From Chrysomallon squamiferum (Eukaryota; Animalia; Mollusca), in the NCBI GenBank assembly GCA_012295275.1, contig CM022673.1, forward strand, positions 5,766,001-5,830,000: a stretch of DNA of 64,000 nucleotides. Direction: 5' to 3'. The position numbers and the translations under genes are program-made. Shown here piece by piece: positions 12,994-24,552 of the stretch; the first letter of the stretch is position 1, and every line of letters starts with the position of its first letter. The notes under the pieces are model-generated. The model was not told the origin of the DNA and searched no databases. It saw only the letters and a program-made list of their open reading frames with translations.

Positions 12994-15900
12994 TAAATAA
13001 ATAAATAAAAAGAATAATAATATTAATAAATAAATAAATACAATAAAAACTTTAAGATCTAAAAATTAATTTATGTGCTGAAATTCACACATATCAATGG
13101 ATAAACATGAAGACATATTTTGTCCATATATATTGTATTCAACATTTTAAAATGGGTAAGTTCTGTAAAAATTTGAAAATAGCCACATATATTATTAGAA
13201 AAATTGAATATGAAGCATTTTGGGGGACTACTTTTTTGGTGGGGGGAAACATGAAAAATGAAAATGAAAAATGAAACTCTTTGTAACACTGTGTCATGCT
13301 TATTGAACAAGTATTATAAATAATGATTAATTAAAAGAATTATAAAGAAAAATATAAATACAGCATAAAAAGAAACATATCTATCATTTAAATTTTTTTT
13401 TTAAATCCTTTATGACAGATTGTGCAACTGATCAGAAAAGACACTATTGTTAAAACCAACAGAAAAAAAAAAAAAAAAAAAAAACAAAACAATGCAAAAA
13501 CATTTCCAAAGACAGACAAAAGTAGCTAGATGGATGTGCAATAAAATCCATTTCTTGTTTAACTGAAACTGGTTATATAACCAAATAAAGGAATTAAATC
13601 AAGGAATATTTTGTTATCAACAACAGTAACTCAAATTTAAAATGGTAAAAAATATGGATAATGAAATTACATAATTCATGATATATAACGACGTCATCTC
13701 TGCAACCTGAAAAAAGCAGTATGTAACAATACTGAACTAAATACACCTGCAAATATCAACTGATGTAAAGTGAATGTGTGATAGACAAAGACAGGCAGAA
13801 TTTATAAATTAATAAAAAATATATCAGACAAATCAGTAACTACGAAAAAACCTCACCTCTAAAATCAATTCCTGAGCAGCAATAAAAAAGTAAAAAATTA
13901 TATATATGTAAGTAAATGTGATAAAAAATTATTTTAAAAAATGCACAAAACCATACTAAAGAACAATCAGTCCTTCCCCAAAAAAGAGGATCAACCTTTG
14001 TCAAACACAAAGTCTCTGAATAAATCAAATATATTTTGCTAAATGAATTTGATATTGAGAGTAATTTGTTTGATTTCTGGATAAAAGGAAAAATGTAGCA
14101 AATTTTAAAGCAAAAGGTGCATAAGGATGCAGTGAATGAAAGTGTTCTGATGCAATAACAGAAAAAATTTCTTCAACCAAAATATAATTTCTTTGATTTC
14201 TAGATATGTATAGTTTACAGAATGAAAGTTCACGTTTATTTTATATTATTATTATTTCTTAAAAGCATTTTTATCTTTCATAGAAATTACAAAAAGCTCA
14301 TTTTTATTTTAGAATTATGATTTAAAATGTTCTTGTTTATCAGTCTTTGAGATTACAAACTTTAATTATGAATGGAATAGCTAGGCATGATACATTAATT
14401 CTGATTTTTGTTTTTCTGACTGCATTTCGGTCATACTTTATTATTAGCTGATAATGATAGTATCATTTTAGTCATATTTTATTATTAACTCAGTCTTATA
14501 GTGTCATTTTAGTCATACTTATTATTAGTTGATACTAATAGTCTCATTTTAGTCATTTTATTATTAGCTGTTATTGATAGTATCATTTTAGTTGTACTTT
14601 ATTATTAGTTCAGTCTGACAATATTATTTTAGTGATGCCTTATTATTATTATCTGATACTGATTGTGTCATTTCAGTATTTTTTCTTATTAATAACTGAG
14701 TGGTTATTGTTTAGACAAACTTTAATATTAACAAATTGATAATATTTTAGTATTATCTGCAGTATTGTAATAACAGTTGAAAAAAGAAAACAAGAAGAAG
14801 GAAAAAAACACATTTGATATAAAAAATATATTTTGACCTTTTGTTTGTACAACCAAAGGTACACTGATATTGTGTACTGAAGATTATCAAGATATTAAAG
14901 TGTATTTTGGAATGAACAAAAAGCACATACAAATACAGACATGTGTTCTTAAGATGTGCTTTATATTAAGCTTACTTAGGCCAGCGTGCTTGGGAAATAA
15001 ATTTACATGAAAAAGGATGGAGTAATGCATCAGTTTACCTAATCTACACTGCCTTATTTATACCTGGAAGTTCAAATGTTAATTCAGGTAAGCACGACTG
15101 CATTTTCACTTTAAAAAATTAAGAAAATGTAACTGAAATGGACAATCTATTTGTTTAAACATAACAATTAAAGACAAAATACTACTTCTATCTGTAATTA
15201 AAAAAAATAAAAATTATTAACATTAAAACCCAGAGAAACTAAAATTTCTTATTATTAGCTATTTAAGCAAAAAAAGCTAATTTAAATATGTGTAGCAGTG
15301 CATACAAATCACTCAACACCTTCTGAATATTTCAGTAAATTTTTAAAATACTCCTGACCAGCCTTTACTAATAACAATGTAACATAAGTCTGCAACTAAG
15401 CAAGAAACATATTTCCCCACAACTACTTCTTGTTATCCTCATGGGTTTTTTTTGTGTTTTTTTAAATAAAGTTTTGAGACCAATAATTAATAAATACAGA
15501 ATTTATCCAATTATCTGGTTTGCACCACTACATGTATATGTTTACAGCAATACAAATACACAACAGTTACTGCAACTTTAGCCAGGGAAAGAAAGCATTA
15601 ACAAAGAAAAATGATTACTTAAAATCCTTTTTACCCACAGCTTTCAGTTCTTGATGAGACAATAAGCAAAGTTATTATTTATTTTTGTTGTTGGTTCATC
15701 GTATATTAGTTATACACACCTAATTTCTGATGACACAATTAAGAAAGTTATTATTTTTGTTGCTGTAAGTCACATGTTAATTATACATACCATATTTGCG
15801 TCGAATCTCATCTAGTCTTTCCTGTCGATCAGCTTTCCTTTCTGACTGACGTTGTTTTCTTTCTTGCTTCTCTCTTTCCCATTTAGCTTCATCCTTCAAG

Positions 15901-18787
15901 TATCTGAATAAAACAAATTAAAAATTACTATTGTATGACTCTGGTGTTAATATACTACTACTACTACTACTACTACTAATAATAATAAAATGAATATAAA
16001 TTTTCTTTATCTGCCAGAGACCTTTCAGATATCCATGAACTGTTCTTTGATTCAAATAAATGAATGAATGAATATTTATTTAACAAAACATCAAAAATTC
16101 ATAATTATTATACCTATTAATATATTTGGTAGATTTTAAGTTTGTATGTCACACACATACAAGAAGAAAGATGGCAGTAATGTTCCAGTGATAATTTATT
16201 TCTTTTGGAGAAAAACAATCACTTGTAAATTTTCCACTAGCTAAAGAGTACTGATTATGTCACCACTCATGTTCCAGAAAACAAAACTCTTTACCGTAAT
16301 TTTCTGTTTTGTAAAAACAAACAACAAGAACAAGGCAAAAAATAGTTTTGTAACATTTCCAATACTGTAAAATTAATGCTGATTGAAGTGTTTCTATTTT
16401 TGAGAGAAAAAAAAGAAGTAAAAACAGAATAAAATATGGAAATGCCAGCCTCCATTCATTTTCACAACTTTTCTGCTTATAAACATACCGTAATATGATT
16501 GTAAGTAAAAAAAAAAAAAAATGTTTCTATGACAAAAGATATAATTACATACTACTATAAGTACTTACTTGGCTTTGCTTCCTTTGCGGCAACAACAGCA
16601 ATAGATGCAGCAACACGAAATTCCCAATACAATAATGCCAGAAATTACACCAACAGCAATTAACAGTGCCTCAAAATTCACTAAAAAATATATATATTAA
16701 AATATACAGACCAATATAATATTGTTGAATAAAATCTTAAACAAGTTTATTATAAGGGTTATTAAATGTCAAACGTACGATTATTTTTATAATTTGTATA
16801 ATTATTTTTTTTCTCTATACCTGTATGTACACAACTAATTATTCTTCTTTACTAAATGTAAATGTTAAAAGTAGAAACAAACAGACAAATATATCCGTAA
16901 ATACTTTATGGATATTATTTTTACTTCAAACAATTAACTTACACCAACAAACTCCCCATCGAGCTTTTGACAATGAACAGTATGATGATTTTGGTAACAA
17001 ACTTCCCACAGGATACAATTTGCATGTATTATCTTCATAACAATACAGGCACTGTAAAAAATAAAAAATAAAATAAAAATAAAGTTTAGTTTGAACTGAA
17101 CAAATTTTACAGAAAAACATAAATTTTTTGCTGTAAAATAAAATAAATAGTTTACTTTTTGTTGTAAAATAAAATTTGTATAAATTAGCAATGTAAATGA
17201 ATGTTTGTGTGTGTGTGTGCGTGTGGAAATATGGACAGTTTCACAAAATACTGATTTTTGAGTGGAAGGAAGGAAAGAAAGAATTTTTGATGAAATGTAT
17301 TCCACTATAAATGAAAGTGAAATCACTGGCATATGATTAAGTATGAACTTATGAGTTCCTGTTGTTAATTATGAATTTAATAAAATGGACCAAATCACAT
17401 ACTTAATCCACAAATAACAGAAAGAAAAGACAGACTGACAGACAGATGTGTAAAGAAGGTTTATGTTATGGTGCTATTTTAAATCCCTATTTGATACAGG
17501 TACATACAAATACTGACTGACAGCAAGACCAGTCAAATCAGATGGAAAATGGCCAAAGTGGACTGAAATGGCTATTATTGTACTTTTCTCTTTGTTACTG
17601 AATAATCTAATGAGAAAAATAGTCTAATTGCTCCCATATCTGTTGTTTGCTGATGTTAATATTTGAAGTTCACCATATGCTGATTCACAAATATTTCTGT
17701 ATGCTGTTTTAAATTCTGTTTTAAAAAGCTCAGTTTATTTGAACAGAATACTTTCAACTTTGATAAATTCAAACTCAAAGATTTTATCATAACCTCATAT
17801 TTTCAGTAGTAAAGAAATAGCTCAAATTTTATGGTCAGTGAACTTTGAACACTAGTCTAACTCACTTGCCTCTCCCTACATGTTGCTACCACTCTATTAG
17901 AATTCATGAGAGAAATTAAATGGATGTATGCTTGAAGTAAGGTCATTTTAGTCCAATTTGGCCCTTTTTTATTTTTTGCACCCTTTGATATCATCATTTT
18001 TTTAAACATGTAAATATGTTATAAATTACCGTTTTACTAAAATAGTACTTACTTTAACTCCAGCCTTCATACAGTCATCACATGATGAATTGTGTTTTGC
18101 ACATTCTGAAATTAAGAAGACAAACATAAATCTAAGAAAGACAGTTTTAGGAGACAACTGAAACAGATTGACAACTTTTATATTACTGCATTTTGCATGT
18201 CATGTAAACCATATGGTGACTAACATTTCTATTACTAGTAATATCAGGCGCAGATCTATTATGAAACTAGTAAGTATAAGTTGCATGGCCCCTTATCACT
18301 GTCAGGACGGGCCCTAGAAGCAACATTAGTCCACATTACTTCAAAAATTTAATCCATATCTGATGACACAACTGACTAGTACTATTAGTAGTAGTACTAT
18401 TAATCTTTCAGTCATAATTTAATACTTTTCTTTTTGAAAACACTACACAGTAAATAAAACAAAACAAACATCAACAAAAACAAAAATAAGCAAAATCGAA
18501 CAGAAATTCAAATTAAAAATCAACACCACCACAAAAAACACCAACCCGACAACACCCCCAAAAAGAAGAGATGCCTTCACCCAAAACTAAGACTCTTATA
18601 TATATTTACCTTCCGCTGGTGTTAATGTTGTTGTGGGTGTTGCTTTTGTTGTCACAGTCGACTGCGTAGTACTAGCACTAGTAGTACTCGTAGTGGAAGT
18701 CAAAGTGGTAGCTTCCGATAAAACCAGTTCTGGCAAAATACAAACTGAACAAAAAACAACTAAAACCAATATAATACCAGTCCTCAT
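12646..18787 (-). CDS. PTTG1IP: PTTG1-interacting protein (PBF)-like type I membrane protein, 6 coding exons, 202 aa
   Basis: Exons 18787-18610, 18105-18053, 17051-16943, 16680-16569, 15903-15791 and 12689-12646 are all GT-AG and phase-compatible (609 nt). The protein has a signal peptide MRTGIILVLVVFCSVCILPELVLS, a Thr/Ser mucin stalk, a PSI-like Cys domain (CAKHNSSCDDCMKAGVKCLYCYEDNTCKLYP...CSLSKARWGVCWLNFEALLI), a TM helix, a Cys cluster, a charged coiled coil ending DEIRRKYGL, and a C-terminal PYERF (YxxΦ). ARWGVCW-NFEAL and DEIR-KYGL are family hallmarks. Confidence 0.92.
13857..13871 (-). other. Candidate 15-nt alternative microexon (GIDFR) in PTTG1IP intron 5
   Basis: ttttattgctgctcag|GAATTGATTTTAGAG|gtgagg: canonical sites, length divisible by 3, phase 1/1 matching the flanking exons, no stop. 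Confidence 0.5.
14430..14677. repeat. Degenerate minisatellite, ~40-bp unit, ~6 copies
   Basis: The unit resembles GTCATACTTTATTATTAGCTGATAATGATAGTATCATTTTA and is repeated in tandem within PTTG1IP intron 5. Confidence 0.8.
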
Positions 18788-18894
18788 ACTGGATTGTTGT
18801 TGCAAAAGAAAATTAAAGGAAAAATGTCTTCTATCCACAGTCGTGACAACTTCCTAGTATAATATCGTACAACCTTGCTCAATTTGAGTAGAAC

Positions 18895-18910
18895 GTCACG
18901 ATCATGTGAT
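18895..18910. promoter_or_regulatory. M-box/CLEAR-like site upstream of PTTG1IP
   Basis: GTCACGATCATGTGAT contains TCATGTGA (M-box) plus a GTCACG half-site, ~110 bp upstream of the ATG in a CpG-rich patch. Confidence 0.4.
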
Positions 18911-18974
18911 TTATTCATTCGGGATTGTTCGTTGTATTCCGCCGTCGAATGAACATGACCGAAAATTAAATTAT

Positions 18975-18975
<1 letters not shown>

Positions 18976-19029
<54 letters not shown>
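18976..19029. repeat. (CA)n microsatellite
   Basis: Direct inspection. Confidence 0.95.
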
Positions 19030-19030
<1 letters not shown>

Positions 19031-19221
19031 CTAATTTTGAAACCGCCTTAAATAACTAAATTATGGGAATACAAAAATAAATAAATAAATAAATGTGTGA
19101 AAAAGTAAATAACGGTAAAACTTGGAAATTAATTATTAATATATACATTGACAAGAAAAGGGCGTCTTAATAGACTAAATATTATTTAAGTTATGTAAGT
19201 CCTGTTTTAAATATATATTTA

Positions 19222-19255
<34 letters not shown>

Positions 19256-19589
19256 TGGGGTGTGTGTGCTTAGATTCTTTTTATATCTTCCTTTTCACAT
19301 GTATTAACATTCGAACGACTACAAATATACCCGTACGCACCGAAAAATACACAAAATATATGTATATATACAAATATTCAACCCACAAATATACACAAAA
19401 ACCCACGCACCTACAGAGATGAACTCACACATACACATATAAACTGCCATACATAACTGTAATTAAACAACTAAATAATGTATTTTACTGATAAAAAGCG
19501 ATGAAATTAGGGTTCTAATATAACCTAAACGAAAATAGCTCGTGCGTGTGTGTCCATTCATGTGTGTATGTGTGGGTGTATGTAAACAC

Positions 19590-19782
19590 GCATGTATGTG
19601 TGTTTGTACGTATGTATTATATATGTATATATGTACGTATGCATGTATGTATGTATGTATGTGTGTATGTATGTATGTGTGTGTATGTATGTATGTGTGT
19701 ATGTATGTGTGTATGTATGTATGTTTGTATGTTTGTATGTATGTATGTATGTATGTATGTATGTATGTATGTATGTATGTAT
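19590..19782. repeat. (TATG)n/(TG)n compound microsatellite
   Basis: Direct inspection. Source of the spurious MYVC-repeat ORFs. Confidence 0.9.
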
Positions 19783-20102
19783 GCATTGATGATATCATTA
19801 TTAACCTTGATCGTGGTGTTGATAATCTTCGCTCAGTTTATCGTGCCTAAGCTTGATTCTCGCAAGATAATGTTCTTAATTTGCAGCTGGCACAAAAAAC
19901 CCCAGACTATAACGCAAACCCCCTATCTTTGTGACCGTGTACAGGTTCATGGATTTTCTCCGCCTGTTCATAAAAATACGACAGCCTTCGCACTTACTGC
20001 TGCAGTAGTTTTGTCTCACGTTTCAGTTGGTTGGTCACGGTGTTTAGCGTTTACTGAGGTTGCTATTTCAAACAGCAACTAATAATATATTATTAATATT
20101 TT

Positions 20103-20136
<34 letters not shown>

Positions 20137-20248
20137 AACGTTAACATTGTAGATAGGTATTATTTCTGTTATGTTGTTTCGTTAAGCATGAATAGATTTT
20201 AGAGGAGTCAGTGATACACCCTTCTAAAGTTTCAACCGATCGATTTTG

Positions 20249-20296
<48 letters not shown>

Positions 20297-20526
20297 GTAA
20301 ATGTTCAATAACTATACTGACTCATTTTCGTTAGACATACCGTCCTGGACTAGCCATTTCTGAAATCGTTGTTCTGACATGATAAGATGCCTCTTTTTTT
20401 CAGTTCTCTTATTATGTTAATTAGTGTACGTCTGTACGTACGTACATTTGCATGAGGATACACTGAGGAATTACGTCTGGTGCTGTTAATTATATTATAT
20501 TAAAAGGCTGAAGAAAATTCCAAGGA

Positions 20527-20743
20527 ATGCGACCTAATTTTACATCGGAAATTATCATAGTTATATTAACAGCAGGTAAGGTTTTACAGTTTATTTTCAT
20601 ATTGTTTTATAGTTCAAGGAAACTGACGTCTGGTTTTTGGTGAACCTTTTCCTTCTTCAGATCGTGTTTTTTTGTATGTCGAAAGAGAGGTTAAGAGTAT
20701 ACATTTCTAAACAAAAAAAGATGTTGATTTAGTTAAGTATTTA

Positions 20744-20798
<55 letters not shown>

Positions 20799-21054
20799 GT
20801 ATTTCGTTTGGGAAACTCCCAAACCAGTTTGGTGCTCTGTTTCGTTTCCTAGGTAATTACGCCATAACAAACTGGTCCTAATGAAGTTTCGTTGTGAATG
20901 GACAATATATATTCTGCATGTCTGTCAGTTCTTTTGACAAATGAATAAATAATAATCTACCCCTACCCCTACCCCACCAAAAAACCCCCCCCCCAACAAC
21001 AACAACAAAACAAACCAAAACCAAAAATAAATAAATACATTAATAATAATGATA

Positions 21055-21095
<41 letters not shown>

Positions 21096-21442
21096 AATAA
21101 TAATAATAATCGTCATCATAATCATAACCAGCTAATCTCATATCACGTATTATCATCATATAAAAAAAAAAAATGTATGAAAACTTCCCATTAAACATCA
21201 TTTAATATTAAAATCTGACAAAAATATTTCAGTTGGGTGTGTCGGAACATTACAGTGCTGGAAATGTATAGCAGATAATTGCAACGATGACCCAGCAAAT
21301 AACTACAAGGCTACGAAAATAACTTGTATAGAAAATAGCGCTTGTATGGTAAGTCGTAGCATGTATTTTTTTTACGGGTTGAGTGATTTTATAAATAAAG
21401 ATGTAACAGAAGTAAATGCAGGAAAACAACAGCAACAACAGA

Positions 21443-21511
<69 letters not shown>

Positions 21512-21604
21512 AATAAATAAATAAATAAAAAATAAATAAAAAAAAGATACAAAGAAATAATTTTCTTCTTACAAAGTCGTGAAAGGAAACAATAACTGTG
21601 GAAA

Positions 21605-21635
<31 letters not shown>

Positions 21636-21690
21636 TAATAATCGAAGAAGCAATAACACACATACATTCACAGATCCACACATATTCACT

Positions 21691-21733
<43 letters not shown>

Positions 21734-22478
21734 ACACACACTTAATTACATGTAATTATCATCTGTTACTGACATGTTTAACGGTTACTGACTGAAGGCA
21801 ACATAGCAAATAATAAAAAAATGTATAAATAAATACAATAAAATAAAATAAATAAATAAAAATAAAAAAAAGAAAAAAAAATTTTTTTTTTTTTTTTTAA
21901 ATTCCAGTGTTCAGTCTTTCAATATAATTTGCTCAGGTCGAATATAAAAATAGTAACGATTTGAAGGAAAATATATTTATTTACAAATTTATCATTTACG
22001 AAAAAAACAAGTTAAGAAAAGTGTAATCCAGAATTAAGTCAGCTATGTATGCTTTATAATAATCTGAACTAACTTATTAAACTCTTTCTTCTTTTTTAAT
22101 AAGGTACATATTTTATTTTAATATGCATAAATTCAGAACCACGAAGGAAGTTGTACTCATCTTCCTATATGTTTTCTTCGTTAACTGTTAACATTTAAGA
22201 TCATACTTTTAGGGATCATTTCTATAGTATGCATCGCCAAGACGTCACGTAACACTGACGAACGACCGAGACCACGAGGACGAGATACAGCCTCCTCTTC
22301 TGAGCGCGAAGCGGATTAAGAGTGTTACCTTTTTGGTGACTCGCTCTTAGTCATTGATGACCGTTCCTCTCTTCCTTTCGTGGGGAGTTGGAGGAAGAGG
22401 AGGCATTCTGAGTGGTCCACAACCAACTTTTTAAAAAACAAAAATAAGCGTTAGTGTTGTATATGTATTTGAATATAA

Positions 22479-22523
<45 letters not shown>

Positions 22524-23124
22524 CAACATTAACACTTACTTTGGTTTATATATATATATATATTTTTTCTTTTTTTTTCTATTAAAATAATACAACGAAC
22601 AGCCAAAATTAGGCGACATGACCATAAATTGTTCATTTACATACTAAATATAGATTGGCATTTATCTTATTTGTTGCTGGTGTTGTTATTTTTATTATTC
22701 AACTCATAGCGACATTCCACCCCAGTATTTATAATACCTTAATTACAATGATAATAAAAATTACAATGAAGTAATAGCATGATCTGTTTTTATAAAGTGT
22801 TTCATTTATCGAACAGCAAAGAAATGCACAAACAAACATTATTAGGATTTCTTTTATAATTTACAGAAAGTTGAATACTCGATGGACACAAACGGAACTG
22901 CAGGCGTTTTACTATCAGTAATTCGCGCATGCTCAGCCGGGTCGTGTCAGCCTGTTACAGAGGACGAATATATGAAATGTAGGTCACACAAAAAGTACTA
23001 TACAGAAGGCTGCGTGAAAAGAACGTGTTGTAACGATAGAAACCTGTGTAATGCATCGCACAATACAATCATATCGTATTTACAACTCGTTATCGTTGTA
23101 GCTGGTGCACTGGGCTTTCGGTGA
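20527..23124 (+). CDS. Ly6/uPAR (three-finger, Quiver/Sleepless-like) GPI-anchored protein, 3 coding exons, 140 aa
   Basis: Exons 20527-20575 (MRPNFTSEIIIVILTA, phase 1, gtaag), 21233-21348 (VGCVGTLQCWKCIADNCNDDPANNYKATKITCIENSACM, gtaagt) and 22867-23124 (KVEYS...VIRAC...CCNDRNLCNASHN + hydrophobic tail). The L-x-C-x-x-C start, CC-x5-CN end, and signal-exon/phase-1 plus split-domain layout are typical of Ly6 genes. AATAAA at ~23347. Confidence 0.88.
22197..22416 (+). ncRNA. U3: U3 small nucleolar RNA (box C/D)
   Basis: The 5' end AAGATCATACTTTTAGGGATCATTTCTATAGT (boxes A'/A) matches the U3 consensus. Also present: box C' region CCACGAGGACGA, box B CTGAGCGCGAAGC, box C ATTGATGACCG and a box D/3' end TCTGAGTGGT pairing with ACCAC. 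Length is 220 nt. Confidence 0.95.
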
Positions 23125-23237
23125 CGACGAATGGCTGTTTATATAGGATTATTCGTTTATTCTGTGTAATATATCTGTAACTTGAGTGGTTATTTTATTA
23201 ACACAGACATTTCTTTTAATTAAAGCTATAAATGAGT

Positions 23238-23268
<31 letters not shown>

Positions 23269-24552
23269 CTCATTTATTGCTCACATATATATTGTTTTTT
23301 GTATTATTATTATTTATACAGACTTGTTGTAGTTTTAATTGTTCCAATAAACTGTAACCACTGACCTTTTTTCACCTCTCTTTTCTTTTCTTTTTTTTTT
23401 CTTAAATAAAATGAATAAAATAAAATAAAAATGAAAGGTTAAAAAAGGTAAACTAAGTTCATATTTTAATTTTGTCTTTGGGCAATTCTACATTCAAAAG
23501 GATTGCCGGTTATTCCAATTATCTTAATGCTGGAGTCACACTCCAAGAAACTGATCCCTGAATAAGAAGGTTAAAATACATATGTAAGGTACTTTACAAA
23601 AAAACAAGAGCAAAACAACATTAGTGGAAAAACAACGAACTTTATTTCAAAATCGTCTGAAACCTTTAACTTGTATAAATAAATATTTGCCTTTGGAGTG
23701 AAGGTGAAATGGTTATAGAACACAACCAGTTATAATCTAGCTTGATTGAAAATAAAAGTATAAGGAATATTTTTACGTCATTGTGTGTGATGGATGTTAC
23801 ATTTTGTCCGCTAACATAAAATGAAGTTCTGTGTCCGTAGGGAAAAATTATCTGGTCCGTTTATTATGATAAAAGTATTTTAAACATTATCAAGATAAGG
23901 ACGTGAAAATGAAGACAATTAAAGTTTCACAGACATTCAACATTATTCCGAAGCCATTGAAGATTTAGTGTCATCCAGCAGTCTGTAATTATTTTAAAGC
24001 TAATGCTCATCTAGTAACTATCATATATTTTCAAGACTGACTGACATATTTTTAAACTCTGCCTTGGCTGGCTCTAATAACATTCGAAAGAACATGATTA
24101 TACACTTTAAGTATTTCTTCTCACGTACATTTTAAGATTTTTTGTGATGGTCGTTACACTGACTGAGCACATTTTTTTAAATCTAATTTTTACTTTCCTA
24201 GTTAAAATATTTTGACTCCATTTTTTTTTTTTTAAACTGATGCTTCTGACATTACAAAATAAGAGAAATGAAGTGTGAAAGCAATGTTGGTGTGGGCGAT
24301 TTGAGAGGTTTAACTGGCCTGTTCTGGAGTAGTCTGAGGTCTTCAAATTATGCGGTAGGTGTTGATGTCAGAACCATGAAGAAAACAAAAATCTGACTGA
24401 ACAAGAATTTTCTGTTTGTCTGCACATTAGGAGTTCTGAGAATAAATTTTAGCCCTTTGCATAATGAAATAATGAAATAATGAAATTTGGTTTTCCCTCT
24501 AATGTTCCCTGAGTCATGGAATTGCTCCTTTGCATGTGGCAAAATATCGTAA

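Noticed and set aside
14430-14677. Regularly spaced repeats considered as a CRISPR array
   Set aside because: Contiguous degenerate tandem units without unique spacers, eukaryotic context and no cas genes.
19463-20082. ORFs rich in MYVC/HTYI (also at 37317-37637 and 58455-58833)
   Set aside because: Translations of (TATG)n/(CA)n microsatellites; no protein features.
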